A DNA stretch of 50,593 nt from contig CAZYPI010000003.1 in NCBI GenBank assembly GCA_964649335.1, positions 1-50,593 on the forward strand, written 5' to 3'. The stretch comes from an uncultured Rikenellaceae bacterium. Its GTDB lineage: Bacteria; Bacteroidota; Bacteroidia; Bacteroidales; VadinHA17. Under the pieces are notes generated by a model that ran no database searches, had not been told where the DNA came from, and worked only from the letters and a program-made list of their open reading frames with translations. Of this stretch, positions 21,841 through 30,596 are shown in pieces. The position numbers and the translations under genes were made by a program. How positions within the stretch are numbered: the first letter of the stretch is position 1; every line of letters starts with the position of its first letter.

Positions 21841-23823
21841 ATGGACAGAAATACCGTTGTCGGATTGCTGCTGATAGGACTTTTGTTTGTTGTTTTCAGC
21901 TATTATAATTCCAATCAAAGAAACAAGGCATATGAACAGGAGCTTCATACTGCCGACTCCCTGTACCGGGTTGAGAAATACCGGCAGGCCCGGGAATCCT
22001 ACCTGCGTGCACTGGGTTACAAGCCTACAGAGACCTATCCCAGGCGCCGGGCCATGCAGATAGATTCACTACTCCTTTCTCAGCGGCCTGACAGCCTGAA
22101 AAACAGGGAGGTCACAGACACCCTCACGGCTGTGCCGGCAGCGGCTCCCGGCAAACAGGCAGCGGGCCTTTCACGTGAACCATCCGGACAGGCCGCCGTC
22201 CTGCCGAAAGGTAAAAAAGAATTTATTACCATAGAGAACGATCTGATGAAACTACGCCTTTCCACACGGGGAGGAATGGTTTATTCCGTACAACTGAAGA
22301 AATACAAAACATGGGACGGAAAACCCGTTATTCTGTTTCACGGTGATTCCACCGAATTCGGCTTTCGTTTTTTTACCGCCGCCAACCGCCTGATAGACAC
22401 AAAAGATCTCTATTTTACTCCCGTTACCGATACGGGGCATATCGTGGTGGAAGACAGCAGCTATACCGCGGTACTGCGGCTGAAGATCGGGGAAAATGAG
22501 TATATGGACTATCGATATACCATCCCCCGCAACCAGTATATGATCGGCTTTGATGTTGAGATGCATGGCATGGACAGCCTGATAGCCCGCAATTTGACGG
22601 ATCTGTCCCTGAAATGGAAAATCTATATGCCCCAGCAGGAAAAGGGCAGGACCAATGAGGATTATTATTCCACCATCAAGTTCAAATACTTTCAGGATGT
22701 GGTGGACGGCCTTCCCATGCGTAGCAAAAAAGAGGAGTTGAGCATGGATATTCCTACGCGACTTCTTTGGGTGGCTTTTAAAGACCAGTTTTTTTCGTCT
22801 GTGCTGATCTCCGACTCTGTGCCATTCATCAGCGGAACGATAAAATCCTTGAAAATGCCTGACGATTCACCCTACTTCAGGGAATGTGAGACTGAAGTGA
22901 GTGTTCCGTATCAGCCGAAACCAGACATCGGCTATCACATGCAGATGTATTTCGGCCCCAATCATTTCAAGACACTGAAACACTATGGGATGGATCTTCA
23001 GGAGCTGGTGTTCCTGGGCAAAAACATCATCCGGTGGATCAACCAGTTTGTGATTATCCCTATTTTCAACTGGCTGAACAGATACATCTCCAACTACGGA
23101 ATCATCATTTTGTTGCTCACCCTGATCATCAAAATGGCTCTGTTCCCGCTCACATACAAATCCTATGTCTCCCAGGCCAAAATGAGGGTTCTGAAGCCGT
23201 ATGTGGATGAGATCAACGCTAAATATCCGAAGAAAGAGGATGCCATGAAAAAACAACAGGCGACCATGGCCCTGTACAAGCGTGCCGGCGTGAGTCCGAT
23301 GGGCGGTTGCCTTCCCATGATCCTGCAGTTGCCCATCCTGTATGCTATGTTCCGCTTCTTTCCCACATCCATAGAGTTACGGCAGCAAAGCTTCCTGTGG
23401 GCCCACGACCTCTCTACCTACGATTCTATCCTTCATCTGCCTTTCACCATACCCATGTATGGCGATCATGTCAGCCTCTTTACCATACTGATGACCGTCT
23501 CCACCATTGTCACGATGAAGATCAACAGTCCTTCCGGCAGCTCCAGCCAGATGCCCGGGATGAAAGGAATGATGTATATTATGCCCGTCACCTTTATGTT
23601 GTTCCTGAACAACTTCTCGGCAGCCCTGAACTACTATTACTTCCTGGCCAACCTGATCACTTTCGGCCAGAATATGCTTGCCAAATCTTTTGTCAAGGAA
23701 GAGGAGATCCTGAAAAAACTCAAAGAGAGCAAGAACGCGCCGGTAAAAAAATCAAAATGGCAGCAACGTTTGGAAGAAGCTGCCAAAGCAAAAGGATACC
23801 GTCCTCCCAAAAAGAAAAAGTAA
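21841..23823 (+). CDS. yidC: Membrane protein insertase YidC
   Basis: The 660-aa protein has an N-terminal TM segment, a large periplasmic domain, and a C-terminal 60-kDa insertase core ('GIIILLLTLIIKMALFPLT.KSY.S.AKM..L.P', 'GCLPMILQLPI'). Confidence 0.9.
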   Translation: MDRNTVVGLLLIGLLFVVFSYYNSNQRNKAYEQELHTADSLYRVEKYRQARESYLRALGYKPTETYPRRRAMQIDSLLLSQRPDSLKNREVTDTLTAVPAAAPGKQAAGLSREPSGQAAVLPKGKKEFITIENDLMKLRLSTRGGMVYSVQLKKYKTWDGKPVILFHGDSTEFGFRFFTAANRLIDTKDLYFTPVTDTGHIVVEDSSYTAVLRLKIGENEYMDYRYTIPRNQYMIGFDVEMHGMDSLIARNLTDLSLKWKIYMPQQEKGRTNEDYYSTIKFKYFQDVVDGLPMRSKKEELSMDIPTRLLWVAFKDQFFSSVLISDSVPFISGTIKSLKMPDDSPYFRECETEVSVPYQPKPDIGYHMQMYFGPNHFKTLKHYGMDLQELVFLGKNIIRWINQFVIIPIFNWLNRYISNYGIIILLLTLIIKMALFPLTYKSYVSQAKMRVLKPYVDEINAKYPKKEDAMKKQQATMALYKRAGVSPMGGCLPMILQLPILYAMFRFFPTSIELRQQSFLWAHDLSTYDSILHLPFTIPMYGDHVSLFTILMTVSTIVTMKINSPSGSSSQMPGMKGMMYIMPVTFMLFLNNFSAALNYYYFLANLITFGQNMLAKSFVKEEEILKKLKESKNAPVKKSKWQQRLEEAAKAKGYRPPKKKK

Positions 23824-23834
23824 TTTATAACATA

Positions 23835-23862
23835 TTTTATCTTTTTGATAAGAAAGATAAAA
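23835..23862. terminator. AT-rich hairpin downstream of yidC, a weak terminator candidate
   Basis: TTTTATCTTT (23835-23844) pairs with AAAGATAAAA (23853-23862) around an 8-nt loop. Confidence 0.3.
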
Positions 23863-23866
23863 CATA

Positions 23867-23874
23867 TACTTTTG
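23867..23874 (+). promoter_or_regulatory. Candidate Bacteroidota -7 box (TACTTTTG) for sucD
   Basis: The site matches TAnnTTTG 45 nt upstream of the sucD ATG. Confidence 0.4.
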
Positions 23875-23918
23875 GTGCCCTGAAAAAGAGTTGTAACATT
23901 TTTAATTCATAAAAAATA

Positions 23919-24788
23919 ATGAGTATTCTGGTTAATAAGGATTCCAGGGTCCTGGTACAGGGCTTCACAGGCAGTGAAGGCACTTTTCATGCCCGGCAAA
24001 TGATTGAATATGGCACACAGGTAGTCGGCGGGGTAACCCCCGGCAAGGGAGGGCAGAAGCACCTCGACAGGCCTGTTTTCAATACGGTGAAGGAAGCTGT
24101 GGATGAAACAGGTGCCGATGTGTCCATCATATTCGTACCACCGCCATTTGCCGCCGATGCCATTATGGAAGCTGCCGATGCCGGGGTGAAGGTGGCTGTC
24201 GCCATCACCGAAGGTATTCCCACACAGGATATGGTGAAAGTAAAAGAATATCTGCACGACCGCGAGACACGCCTGATTGGCCCTAACTGCCCGGGAATCA
24301 TCACTGCCGAAGAAACCAAGATTGGCATCATGCCCGGATTCATCTTCAAAAAAGGCCCGGTGGGGGTGGTATCCCGCTCCGGCACACTCACCTATGAGGC
24401 GGTTGACCAGGTTACCAAAGCCGGACTGGGACAAACCACGGCGATAGGTATCGGAGGAGACCCGATAATCGGTACCTCCACACTCGATGCCATCAGGTTG
24501 TTTATGGAAGACCCCGAGACGGAAGGGATTATCATGATCGGAGAGATCGGCGGGAGCATGGAAGCCGATGCTGCTTACTGGGTCAAAGAACACGGCACCA
24601 AACCGGTGGTGGGGTTCATCGCAGGTCAAACAGCCCCCAAAGGAAGAAGAATGGGGCATGCCGGAGCCATCATCGGAGGAAAAGCGGATACCGCCGCCGC
24701 CAAAATGAAGATCATGGCAGAATGCGGTATCCATGTGGTCGAATCACCTGCCCATATCGGCGAGACCATCGCACGCCTGTTGAAATAA
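23919..24788 (+). CDS. sucD: Succinate--CoA ligase subunit alpha
   Basis: '[14 protein letters not shown]', '[10 protein letters not shown]', 'GPNCPGII', 'SRSGTLTYE' and 'MGHAGAII' (the phosphohistidine loop) are all present. Confidence 0.95.
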   Translation: MSILVNKDSRVLVQGFTGSEGTFHARQMIEYGTQVVGGVTPGKGGQKHLDRPVFNTVKEAVDETGADVSIIFVPPPFAADAIMEAADAGVKVAVAITEGIPTQDMVKVKEYLHDRETRLIGPNCPGIITAEETKIGIMPGFIFKKGPVGVVSRSGTLTYEAVDQVTKAGLGQTTAIGIGGDPIIGTSTLDAIRLFMEDPETEGIIMIGEIGGSMEADAAYWVKEHGTKPVVGFIAGQTAPKGRRMGHAGAIIGGKADTAAAKMKIMAECGIHVVESPAHIGETIARLLK

Positions 24789-24807
24789 CCGGCTTATCTT
24801 TACAGCC

Positions 24808-25551
24808 GTGAATGCAATAGAAGAAGCGGTTAATATTCTCAGGAAATCATCGCACACCACCGCATTTACGGGAGCAGGTGTTTCTGTAGAAAGCGGCATT
24901 CCCCCGTTCAGGGGAGAGCACGGACTGTGGAGTAAATACGACCCGGTGGTTCTGGACATCGGTTATTTTCACTCTCATCCCGCAGAGGCCTGGAAAGTGA
25001 TCCGGGAGATCTTTTACGACTATTTCGGAAAAGCACGGCCCAACCCCGCCCATTACGCGCTGGCTGAAATGGAAAAACGGGGAAAACTGGCGGCAATTAT
25101 TACACAAAATATTGATAACCTGCATCAGGAAGCCGGAAGCAAAAACGTTTACGAGTACCATGGAAATTCCCGGCGTTTGATTTGCCCGTCATGCGGGAAG
25201 GTGTATCCCGCTGCAGAGGTCGATCTGACCCGCCTTCCACCACGCTGCAAAAGGGACGGAGAAGTGCTGAAGCCCGATTTTGTCTTTTTCGGCGAACCAA
25301 TACCCGTAGCGGCTGCAACCCGGTCCGAAGAGGAGGCCCGGACAGCAGATGTGTTTCTTCTGATCGGCACAACCGGCGAGGTAATGCCAGCCTCCCTGAT
25401 CCCACAAATGGCCAAACAACACGGGGCAAAGATCATTGAGATCAATCCGGAAACTTCTGCCTTTACTCATTCTGTCACGGATGTATATATACGCGAAAAA
25501 GCAGGGGAAGTGCTTCCGGTAATTGTCGGTATGATCACAGGAGAGTCCTGA
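24808..25551 (+). CDS. cobB: NAD-dependent protein deacylase (Sir2 family)
   Basis: 'FTGAGVSVESGIPPFRG', 'ITQNIDNLH' and 'HG' are present. A Zn ribbon is indicated by 'CPSCG' and 'PPRC'. The start codon is GTG. Confidence 0.88.
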   Translation: MNAIEEAVNILRKSSHTTAFTGAGVSVESGIPPFRGEHGLWSKYDPVVLDIGYFHSHPAEAWKVIREIFYDYFGKARPNPAHYALAEMEKRGKLAAIITQNIDNLHQEAGSKNVYEYHGNSRRLICPSCGKVYPAAEVDLTRLPPRCKRDGEVLKPDFVFFGEPIPVAAATRSEEEARTADVFLLIGTTGEVMPASLIPQMAKQHGAKIIEINPETSAFTHSVTDVYIREKAGEVLPVIVGMITGES

Positions 25552-25610
25552 ACGAAACCGAAATCCAAACGCTACATTTTCAGAAATAGGAAACAAGGCC
25601 AGCGTGATGC

Positions 25611-26711
25611 TTAGACCTTGAAGAATATTTTCTTTTTATAAAGATAATACAACAGCAGCCATACGAGGATAAAAGCACCAAGCGCTTCAAATCCGGGATG
25701 CCATTTTTCAGAGGTAAGACTGTAGATACCGGAAAAAAGAGTTTTTGAAGTGTGATCGAAATCAATAAAACGGTAAGCATAATAGATAAAAAGGGAGTTC
25801 ATGCCGATTACGACGAAAAAATAGGACCATTTTTTATAACCCAGTATCTCGATGACCCAGTAAAAAAGGCTGAAGATCAAAAAGCCCATGCCTGCAGTGA
25901 GCAGGATAAAAGAGCTGCTCCACAAATGCTTATTGACAGGGAAATGTAATCCCCAAATCAATCCCAGGATAATGAGGATGACACCTATAGACACCATCCG
26001 TTTGATTTTGCCTGTTTCCTTTATATCAACATTTCTCACGATATCACCGGCCCAGGCACCAAAAACGGCCAGGCAAAGGGCCGGAAACTGTGTTAAAATT
26101 GCCAGTTGGTCAAAATTGCCGTCTATAAGACGGCCCGGCATGAAAGTGCGGTCAAACCAACCTACCAGATTGCCTTGCTGGGAAAGGTCCCCTGCACCAT
26201 AACCCGGGACGGGTATGAGAAACAATGCTGCATAATAAGCAATTAATATCCCGGCTATCCAGTAAAGCCGCTCCTTCCATGAAAAATTTAAATACAAAAG
26301 GGTCGTTGCAAAAACAGCAATCCCGATTCGTCCCAGTACACTGCTATACCGGATATTCCCCGGGTGCCATACAGGTACCGGCGAATTTTTATAAATGATA
26401 CCCAGCAGGATCAAAATCAACATACGTTTGAAGACTTTTTTATAAATGTCATTTTTGGTCATGCCACGTTCTTTGGCCTTGTTTATCGAAAAGGTCAGCG
26501 ATATGCCGGAGATAAAGATGAATAATGGCATGATAAAATCCCAGAAGGTAAAACCGTTCCATTGGGTATGTTCCATTTGTAGGATGATATTTTCTGCCCA
26601 TGGTTGGTGTACAACATCTAAAAATCTGTAAATGAAAGCACCTCCGCCGGCTATCAACAACATATCAAAACCGCGCAGTGCGTCGATGGAAGTTAGTCTT
26701 TTTGATTTCAT
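25611..26711 (-). CDS. Polytopic membrane acyltransferase-like protein (DUF5009 / heparan-alpha-glucosaminide N-acetyltransferase-like)
   Basis: The N-terminus 'RLTSIDALRGFDMLLI' is the pattern I associate with DUF5009 and acyltransferase-3 proteins. About ten hydrophobic segments follow. GC content is visibly lower than in the flanking genes. Confidence 0.55.
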   Translation of the reverse strand: MKSKRLTSIDALRGFDMLLIAGGGAFIYRFLDVVHQPWAENIILQMEHTQWNGFTFWDFIMPLFIFISGISLTFSINKAKERGMTKNDIYKKVFKRMLILILLGIIYKNSPVPVWHPGNIRYSSVLGRIGIAVFATTLLYLNFSWKERLYWIAGILIAYYAALFLIPVPGYGAGDLSQQGNLVGWFDRTFMPGRLIDGNFDQLAILTQFPALCLAVFGAWAGDIVRNVDIKETGKIKRMVSIGVILIILGLIWGLHFPVNKHLWSSSFILLTAGMGFLIFSLFYWVIEILGYKKWSYFFVVIGMNSLFIYYAYRFIDFDHTSKTLFSGIYSLTSEKWHPGFEALGAFILVWLLLYYLYKKKIFFKV

Positions 26712-26900
26712 ATCAATTGTTGTTAATAAAAAAACGAATTTTTAATTTCCTCTGATTGTTGGGCAAATATTAATATTTTTACAAGATTATAAAAAAAAAT
26801 GTATGATTATAATAATCGTGCAGGAAATAATCCACCCATTAAGTTTACTTTTTCAAAAATACTTGTTTATTTTGTTACCTTAATCAAAATTTTTTACACG

Positions 26901-27647
26901 ATGGATTTGTTAAAAGGAAAAACAGCAATAGTTACCGGAGCAGCACGGGGCATAGGAAGAGCCATAGCCATCAGGTTTGCAGAAGAGGGTGCCGATGTGG
27001 CCATAACCGATCTGGCTGTGGACGATAATGCCAAAGAGACGGTGAAGGCCATTGAGTCTTACGGTGTCAGGGCCAAAGCCTATGCTTCCGATGCCAGCGA
27101 TTATGAACAGACAGACCGGGTGGTTAAAGCCATTGCAGAGGACTTCGGGAAAATAGATATCCTGGTGAACAATGCCGGGATCACCCGAGACACCCTGTTA
27201 ATGAGGATGACCGAAGAACAATGGGATCTGGTAATCAAAGTGAACCTGAAATCGGTTTTTAACTTCACCAAAGCCGTGCAACCTTTTATGCTGAAACAAC
27301 GCAGCGGTTCTATCATCAGCATGAGCTCGGTAGTGGGCGTCAGCGGCAATGCCGGCCAGGCCAATTATTCCGCCTCCAAGGCAGGAATCATCGGTTTTAC
27401 AAAATCGGTAGCCAAAGAAGTGGGTTCGAGAGGCATCCGCTGTAATGCCATCGCCCCCGGTTTTATCGACACGGAGATGACTAAAAAACTGCCGGAAGAC
27501 ATACGGAAAGCCTGGACACAACAGATCCCCCTGCGCCGTGCCGGACTGCCGGAAGATGTGGCCAATACCGCCCTGTTCCTGGCCTCTGACCTTTCCTCTT
27601 ATGTGAGCGGACAGGTGATCCATGTGTGCGGCGGCATGAATACATGA
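26901..27647 (+). CDS. fabG: 3-oxoacyl-[acyl-carrier-protein] reductase
   Basis: 'GKTAIVTGAARGIGRAIA', 'LVNNAGITRD', 'YSASKAG' and 'GQVIHVCGGM' are present. I chose the ATG at 26901 to give the canonical 248-aa length. The ORF-track start at 26799 adds an implausible 34-aa extension. Confidence 0.9.
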   Translation: MDLLKGKTAIVTGAARGIGRAIAIRFAEEGADVAITDLAVDDNAKETVKAIESYGVRAKAYASDASDYEQTDRVVKAIAEDFGKIDILVNNAGITRDTLLMRMTEEQWDLVIKVNLKSVFNFTKAVQPFMLKQRSGSIISMSSVVGVSGNAGQANYSASKAGIIGFTKSVAKEVGSRGIRCNAIAPGFIDTEMTKKLPEDIRKAWTQQIPLRRAGLPEDVANTALFLASDLSSYVSGQVIHVCGGMNT

Positions 27648-27773
27648 CGGAACAAAAAAACTGATTCCGTTTACCAAAGTGATTATATCATAATTGTCCG
27701 GCGTGTCTTTGCGTTTCTAAACAACAATTAATCGCTTTGAACGTATAAACACAAAGAACCTTCTTTTATATAA

Positions 27774-28817
27774 ATGAAAAAGGGTGTTTTTTTTATAATG
27801 ATTTCCGGCCTCTTCCTGATGCTGCTGACCGGCTGTTACAGCTCCAGAAAGGTGACCATCCAGGTACTGCATCCCCCGGAGAAGATCGTTTTCAATACAC
27901 CGCAAAACCTTATGCTGGTCAACCGTATGCTGCAGGATACCTCCCGGAAGGACACCCTCCATTTCATGGACCTGAAGATCCCCCTGAAAATGTATTATGA
28001 TCTTGGATGGAAAGCTCTGTACGGTTTTGCGGATGTCGCAAGCGGTTCACCGTGGGTAAAAAATATTTTTTTCGATTCGGTATTTGTGGATTCTGTCTCA
28101 CCGGTCCACGGTCCTGAAATAATCCCTTTCTCAGAAAGGGAACAAATGCTGAAAAAAAATCAGGCCGGGGTAGGTGTTGACCTGGCAAAAATGATCTTTT
28201 CCGATTCGATCTACAAGTCTCAGGAATTTGTAACCTATGACGAAGAGGAAGATTTTGGAGGAGATTGGCTCACCGTACTCAATATTGATCTGTATATCAA
28301 AACACATTGGTTTATTTATGAAGAAAACATCCCGGACCCCGTCGATTCGACCGTGCATACCAACGTACTTACCCTGAACGGCGCGGGAATAACATACCGC
28401 GAGGCGGTCGCCAATCTCCCCAATGTCAGAGAAGCCGTCTCCGACCTGGCTTATCAGGCAGGTCAGCATCATGCTTATCATATTTTTCCCATATGGGATG
28501 AAGTAACTCGGGTTTATTTTGTCAACGGCATGGACGGAAAAATGAAAGAGGCCGAAAAGCTGGCCAGGAAAAACAAGTGGATGGATGCTGCAGCTATTTG
28601 GCGAAATATGGCCCTTTCCAATAACAGGAAAAAAGCCGCTTATGCCGCTTTTAACATGGCGCTGGCAAGTGAGATAAACGATAAACTGGACCTGGCCGAG
28701 TCCTGGCTTGAGAAATCTCTCCGGCTACACGATTCTCCTGTCACAAGAAATTATCTCTGGATCATCCGTGAAAGGATTCAGGACTATAAAAAAATGAATC
28801 TGAAGACCTCTGAATGA
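27774..28817 (+). CDS. Hypothetical lipoprotein with a helical, TPR-like C-terminal part
   Basis: A signal peptide carries the lipobox 'LLTGCYSS'. The C-terminus 'AEKLARKNKWMDAAAIWRNMA...AAYAAFNMALASE' looks like a TPR pair. I did not recognise a family. Confidence 0.55.
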   Translation: MKKGVFFIMISGLFLMLLTGCYSSRKVTIQVLHPPEKIVFNTPQNLMLVNRMLQDTSRKDTLHFMDLKIPLKMYYDLGWKALYGFADVASGSPWVKNIFFDSVFVDSVSPVHGPEIIPFSEREQMLKKNQAGVGVDLAKMIFSDSIYKSQEFVTYDEEEDFGGDWLTVLNIDLYIKTHWFIYEENIPDPVDSTVHTNVLTLNGAGITYREAVANLPNVREAVSDLAYQAGQHHAYHIFPIWDEVTRVYFVNGMDGKMKEAEKLARKNKWMDAAAIWRNMALSNNRKKAAYAAFNMALASEINDKLDLAESWLEKSLRLHDSPVTRNYLWIIRERIQDYKKMNLKTSE

Positions 28818-28870
28818 TCCCATTTGTCAGGAAGTTGTTATTTTTGTCCCGGTCAATAACCCTCTGAACC

Positions 28871-30128
28871 ATGTACAACACCTTTTTTTATATCATCCTG
28901 GTCATCATTGTATTCGATTTTCTGCTGGAACGCACGCTGGAGTATCTCAATACCAAAGCCTGGAGCCCCGGCCTGCCCGCAATCCTGAAAGGCATTTACG
29001 ATGAAGAAAAATACAAACGGTCCCAGCAATATTACATGGCTAATTTGAAACTGGGTATCTTCTCATCCTCTTTCTCTTTTCTCCTGATTCTGTTGATGAT
29101 GTTGGCCGGTGGTTTTGCATGGGTGGACCATCTAGCCCGCCGTTTCGGGGAAAATGAGATCATCGTGGCCCTGGTCTTTTTCGGTTTGCTGGGACTGGTT
29201 TTCGACCTGCTCATGACGCCGTTTTCCCTGTATGATACCTTTGTCATCGAAGAAAAATTCGGCTTCAATAAAACGACCGTAAAAACTTTCCTCACGGACA
29301 AACTGAAAGGGTGGCTGCTGGCAGCTATTATCGGAGGCGGCCTGCTGGCCCTGGTGATATGGTTCTATCAACTCACCGGGAAAATGTTCTGGATATGGGC
29401 GTGGGGCCTGTCGGCCGTTTTCATGATCTTTCTGACCATGTTTTATTCCTCACTCATTGTACCGTTATTCAACAAGCAGACCCCCCTGGAGGAAGGAGAG
29501 CTGAAAAAAGCCATCACCGGCCTGTGCCGGCACGCCGGCTTCACCCTGGACAATGTCTATGTGATCGACGGCTCCAAACGTTCTACCAAGGCCAATGCCT
29601 ATTTCAGCGGACTGGGGAAGAAAAAGAGAGTCGTGCTGTACGACACCCTGATCAACGACCTGGAAACGGATGAGATTGTAGCCGTCCTGGCCCATGAGAT
29701 CGGCCACTATAAAAAAAAAACACACCCTGACAGGCATCGTCCTGTCTATCCTGCAGACAGGTTTCACCCTTTATCTCTTTTCCCTTTTTGTGGACAACCC
29801 TCAGCTCTCACAAGCCCTGGGGGCGGATCAGCCCTCTTTTCACCTGGGATTGATCGCCTTCGGCATCATTTTCTCGCCGGTATCCACCATCCTCGGACTG
29901 GGTTCTGCCGCCCTCTCACGGCGCAATGAGTTCCAGGCCGATGCTTTTGCCGCCGAATACAGCAACCCGCAGAAACTGGGATCGGCACTGATAAAACTCT
30001 CGGTAAAAAGCCTCAGCAACCTTACCCCGCATCCTCTCTATGTCTTTTTCCACTATTCCCACCCGCCACTGCTGGAACGACTGAAGAAACTGGGCGTGAC
30101 AGACGAAAAAGACAGTCAGAAAGAATGA
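28871..30128 (+). pseudogene. M48 family (Ste24/HtpX-like) zinc metallopeptidase, disrupted by a +1 frameshift in an A10 run
   Basis: ORF 28871-29929 carries the TM-rich N-terminus and the HExxH motif 'LAHEIGHYKKK'. Frame-2 ORF 29694-30128 continues with 'HTLTG...NEFQADAFA...HPPLLERL', which is the conserved family C-terminus. The frames switch in A10 at 29711-29720. An A9 run would give one 418-aa protein. Confidence 0.8.
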
Positions 30129-30130
30129 AG

Positions 30131-30186
30131 TTTGAAACTTGAAACATGGTGCTGGCATGCCGGATGCCGGGTGCTTGAGATTGTTG
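30131..30186 (+). repeat. Degenerate 7-nt-periodic array directly 3' of the M48 peptidase stop
   Basis: The units are TTTGAAA CTTGAAA CATGGTG CTGGCAT GCCGGAT GCCGGGT GCTTGAG ATTGTTG. Adjacent units match 6 of 7 positions twice. The array shares TGCCGGGTGCT with the array at 33629-33670 read on the opposite strand. Confidence 0.6.
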
Positions 30187-30350
30187 AACGCAATTTCCAG
30201 GGCACTCCGTGTTTGGTTGCTTTCTCATGACCATGATTGTGGCGGTATAGACGATCCTCTAAGTCGCTGGTGGAACCTTTGTAATAAATATCCGCAGAAG
30301 GAGAATACAGGACATATATATATGAAATATGCCATACCGGTAAATTTTTG

Positions 30351-30422
30351 AGCGGGAAACGGGGATCGAACCCGCGACCCTCAGCTTGGGAAGCTGATGC
30401 TCTACCACTGAGCTACTCCCGC
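30351..30422 (-). tRNA. tRNA-Gly (anticodon CCC)
   Basis: The minus strand reads GCGGGAGTAGCTCAGTGGTAGAGCATCAGCTTCCCAAGCTGAGGGTCGCGGGTTCGATCCCCGTTTCCCGCT. It folds as a cloverleaf with anticodon loop TTCCCAA and T-loop TTCGATC. CCA is not encoded. Confidence 0.92.
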
Positions 30423-30474
30423 AAAAGCATTCATCGTTCTTCGTTTCAGGACTCCGGTTCTCTTTTCTCCCCGG

Positions 30475-30499
30475 TTCATCCTTCATCCTTCATCCTTCC
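30475..30499 (-). repeat. Perfect heptamer tandem repeat (GAAGGAT on the transcribed strand) in the tRNA-Thr/tRNA-Gly spacer
   Basis: The plus strand reads TTCATCC x3 (30475-30495) followed by TTCC. The minus strand reads GGAAGGAT GAAGGAT GAAGGAT GAAC. Confidence 0.85.
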
Positions 30500-30503
30500 A
30501 AAG

Positions 30504-30576
30504 AGCCTCCCATCGGACTTGAACCGACGACCTGCTCATTACGAGTGAGCCGCTCTACCAGCTGAGCTAAGGAGGC
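30504..30576 (-). tRNA. tRNA-Thr (anticodon CGU)
   Basis: The minus strand reads GCCTCCTTAGCTCAGCTGGTAGAGCGGCTCACTCGTAATGAGCAGGTCGTCGGTTCAAGTCCGATGGGAGGCT. It folds as a cloverleaf with anticodon loop CTCGTAA and T-loop TTCAAGT. Confidence 0.92.
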
Positions 30577-30588
30577 AAAAATGGATCA

Positions 30589-30596
30589 CAAAAATA
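30589..30596 (-). promoter_or_regulatory. Candidate -7 box (TATTTTTG) for the tRNA-Thr/tRNA-Gly transcript
   Basis: The minus strand matches TAnnTTTG 13-20 nt upstream of the mature tRNA-Thr 5' end. Confidence 0.4.

Noticed and set aside
23907-24734. The 275-aa antisense ORF covering sucD
   Set aside because: This is a shadow ORF. SucD on the plus strand is unambiguous, and the antisense product is Gly/His/Asp-rich with no motifs.
26799-26900. The 34-codon N-terminal extension of fabG given by the ORF track
   Set aside because: The extension (MYDYNNRAGNNPPIKF...) is AT-rich and looks non-conserved. It would place the Rossmann GxxxGxG far from the N-terminus. The ATG at 26901 gives the canonical FabG length.
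30139-30351. The 70-aa ORF in the gap between the peptidase and tRNA-Gly
   Set aside because: It has no recognisable motif, is Cys/Trp/His-rich, starts inside the heptad array and runs into the tRNA gene. I treated it as non-coding, though a small protein cannot be excluded without expression data.
30259-30548. ORFs 30259-30486 (-) and 30348-30548 (+) as coding genes
   Set aside because: They are read through the two tRNA genes and the heptamer repeat. The 'MKDE' start lies inside the GAAGGAT repeat.
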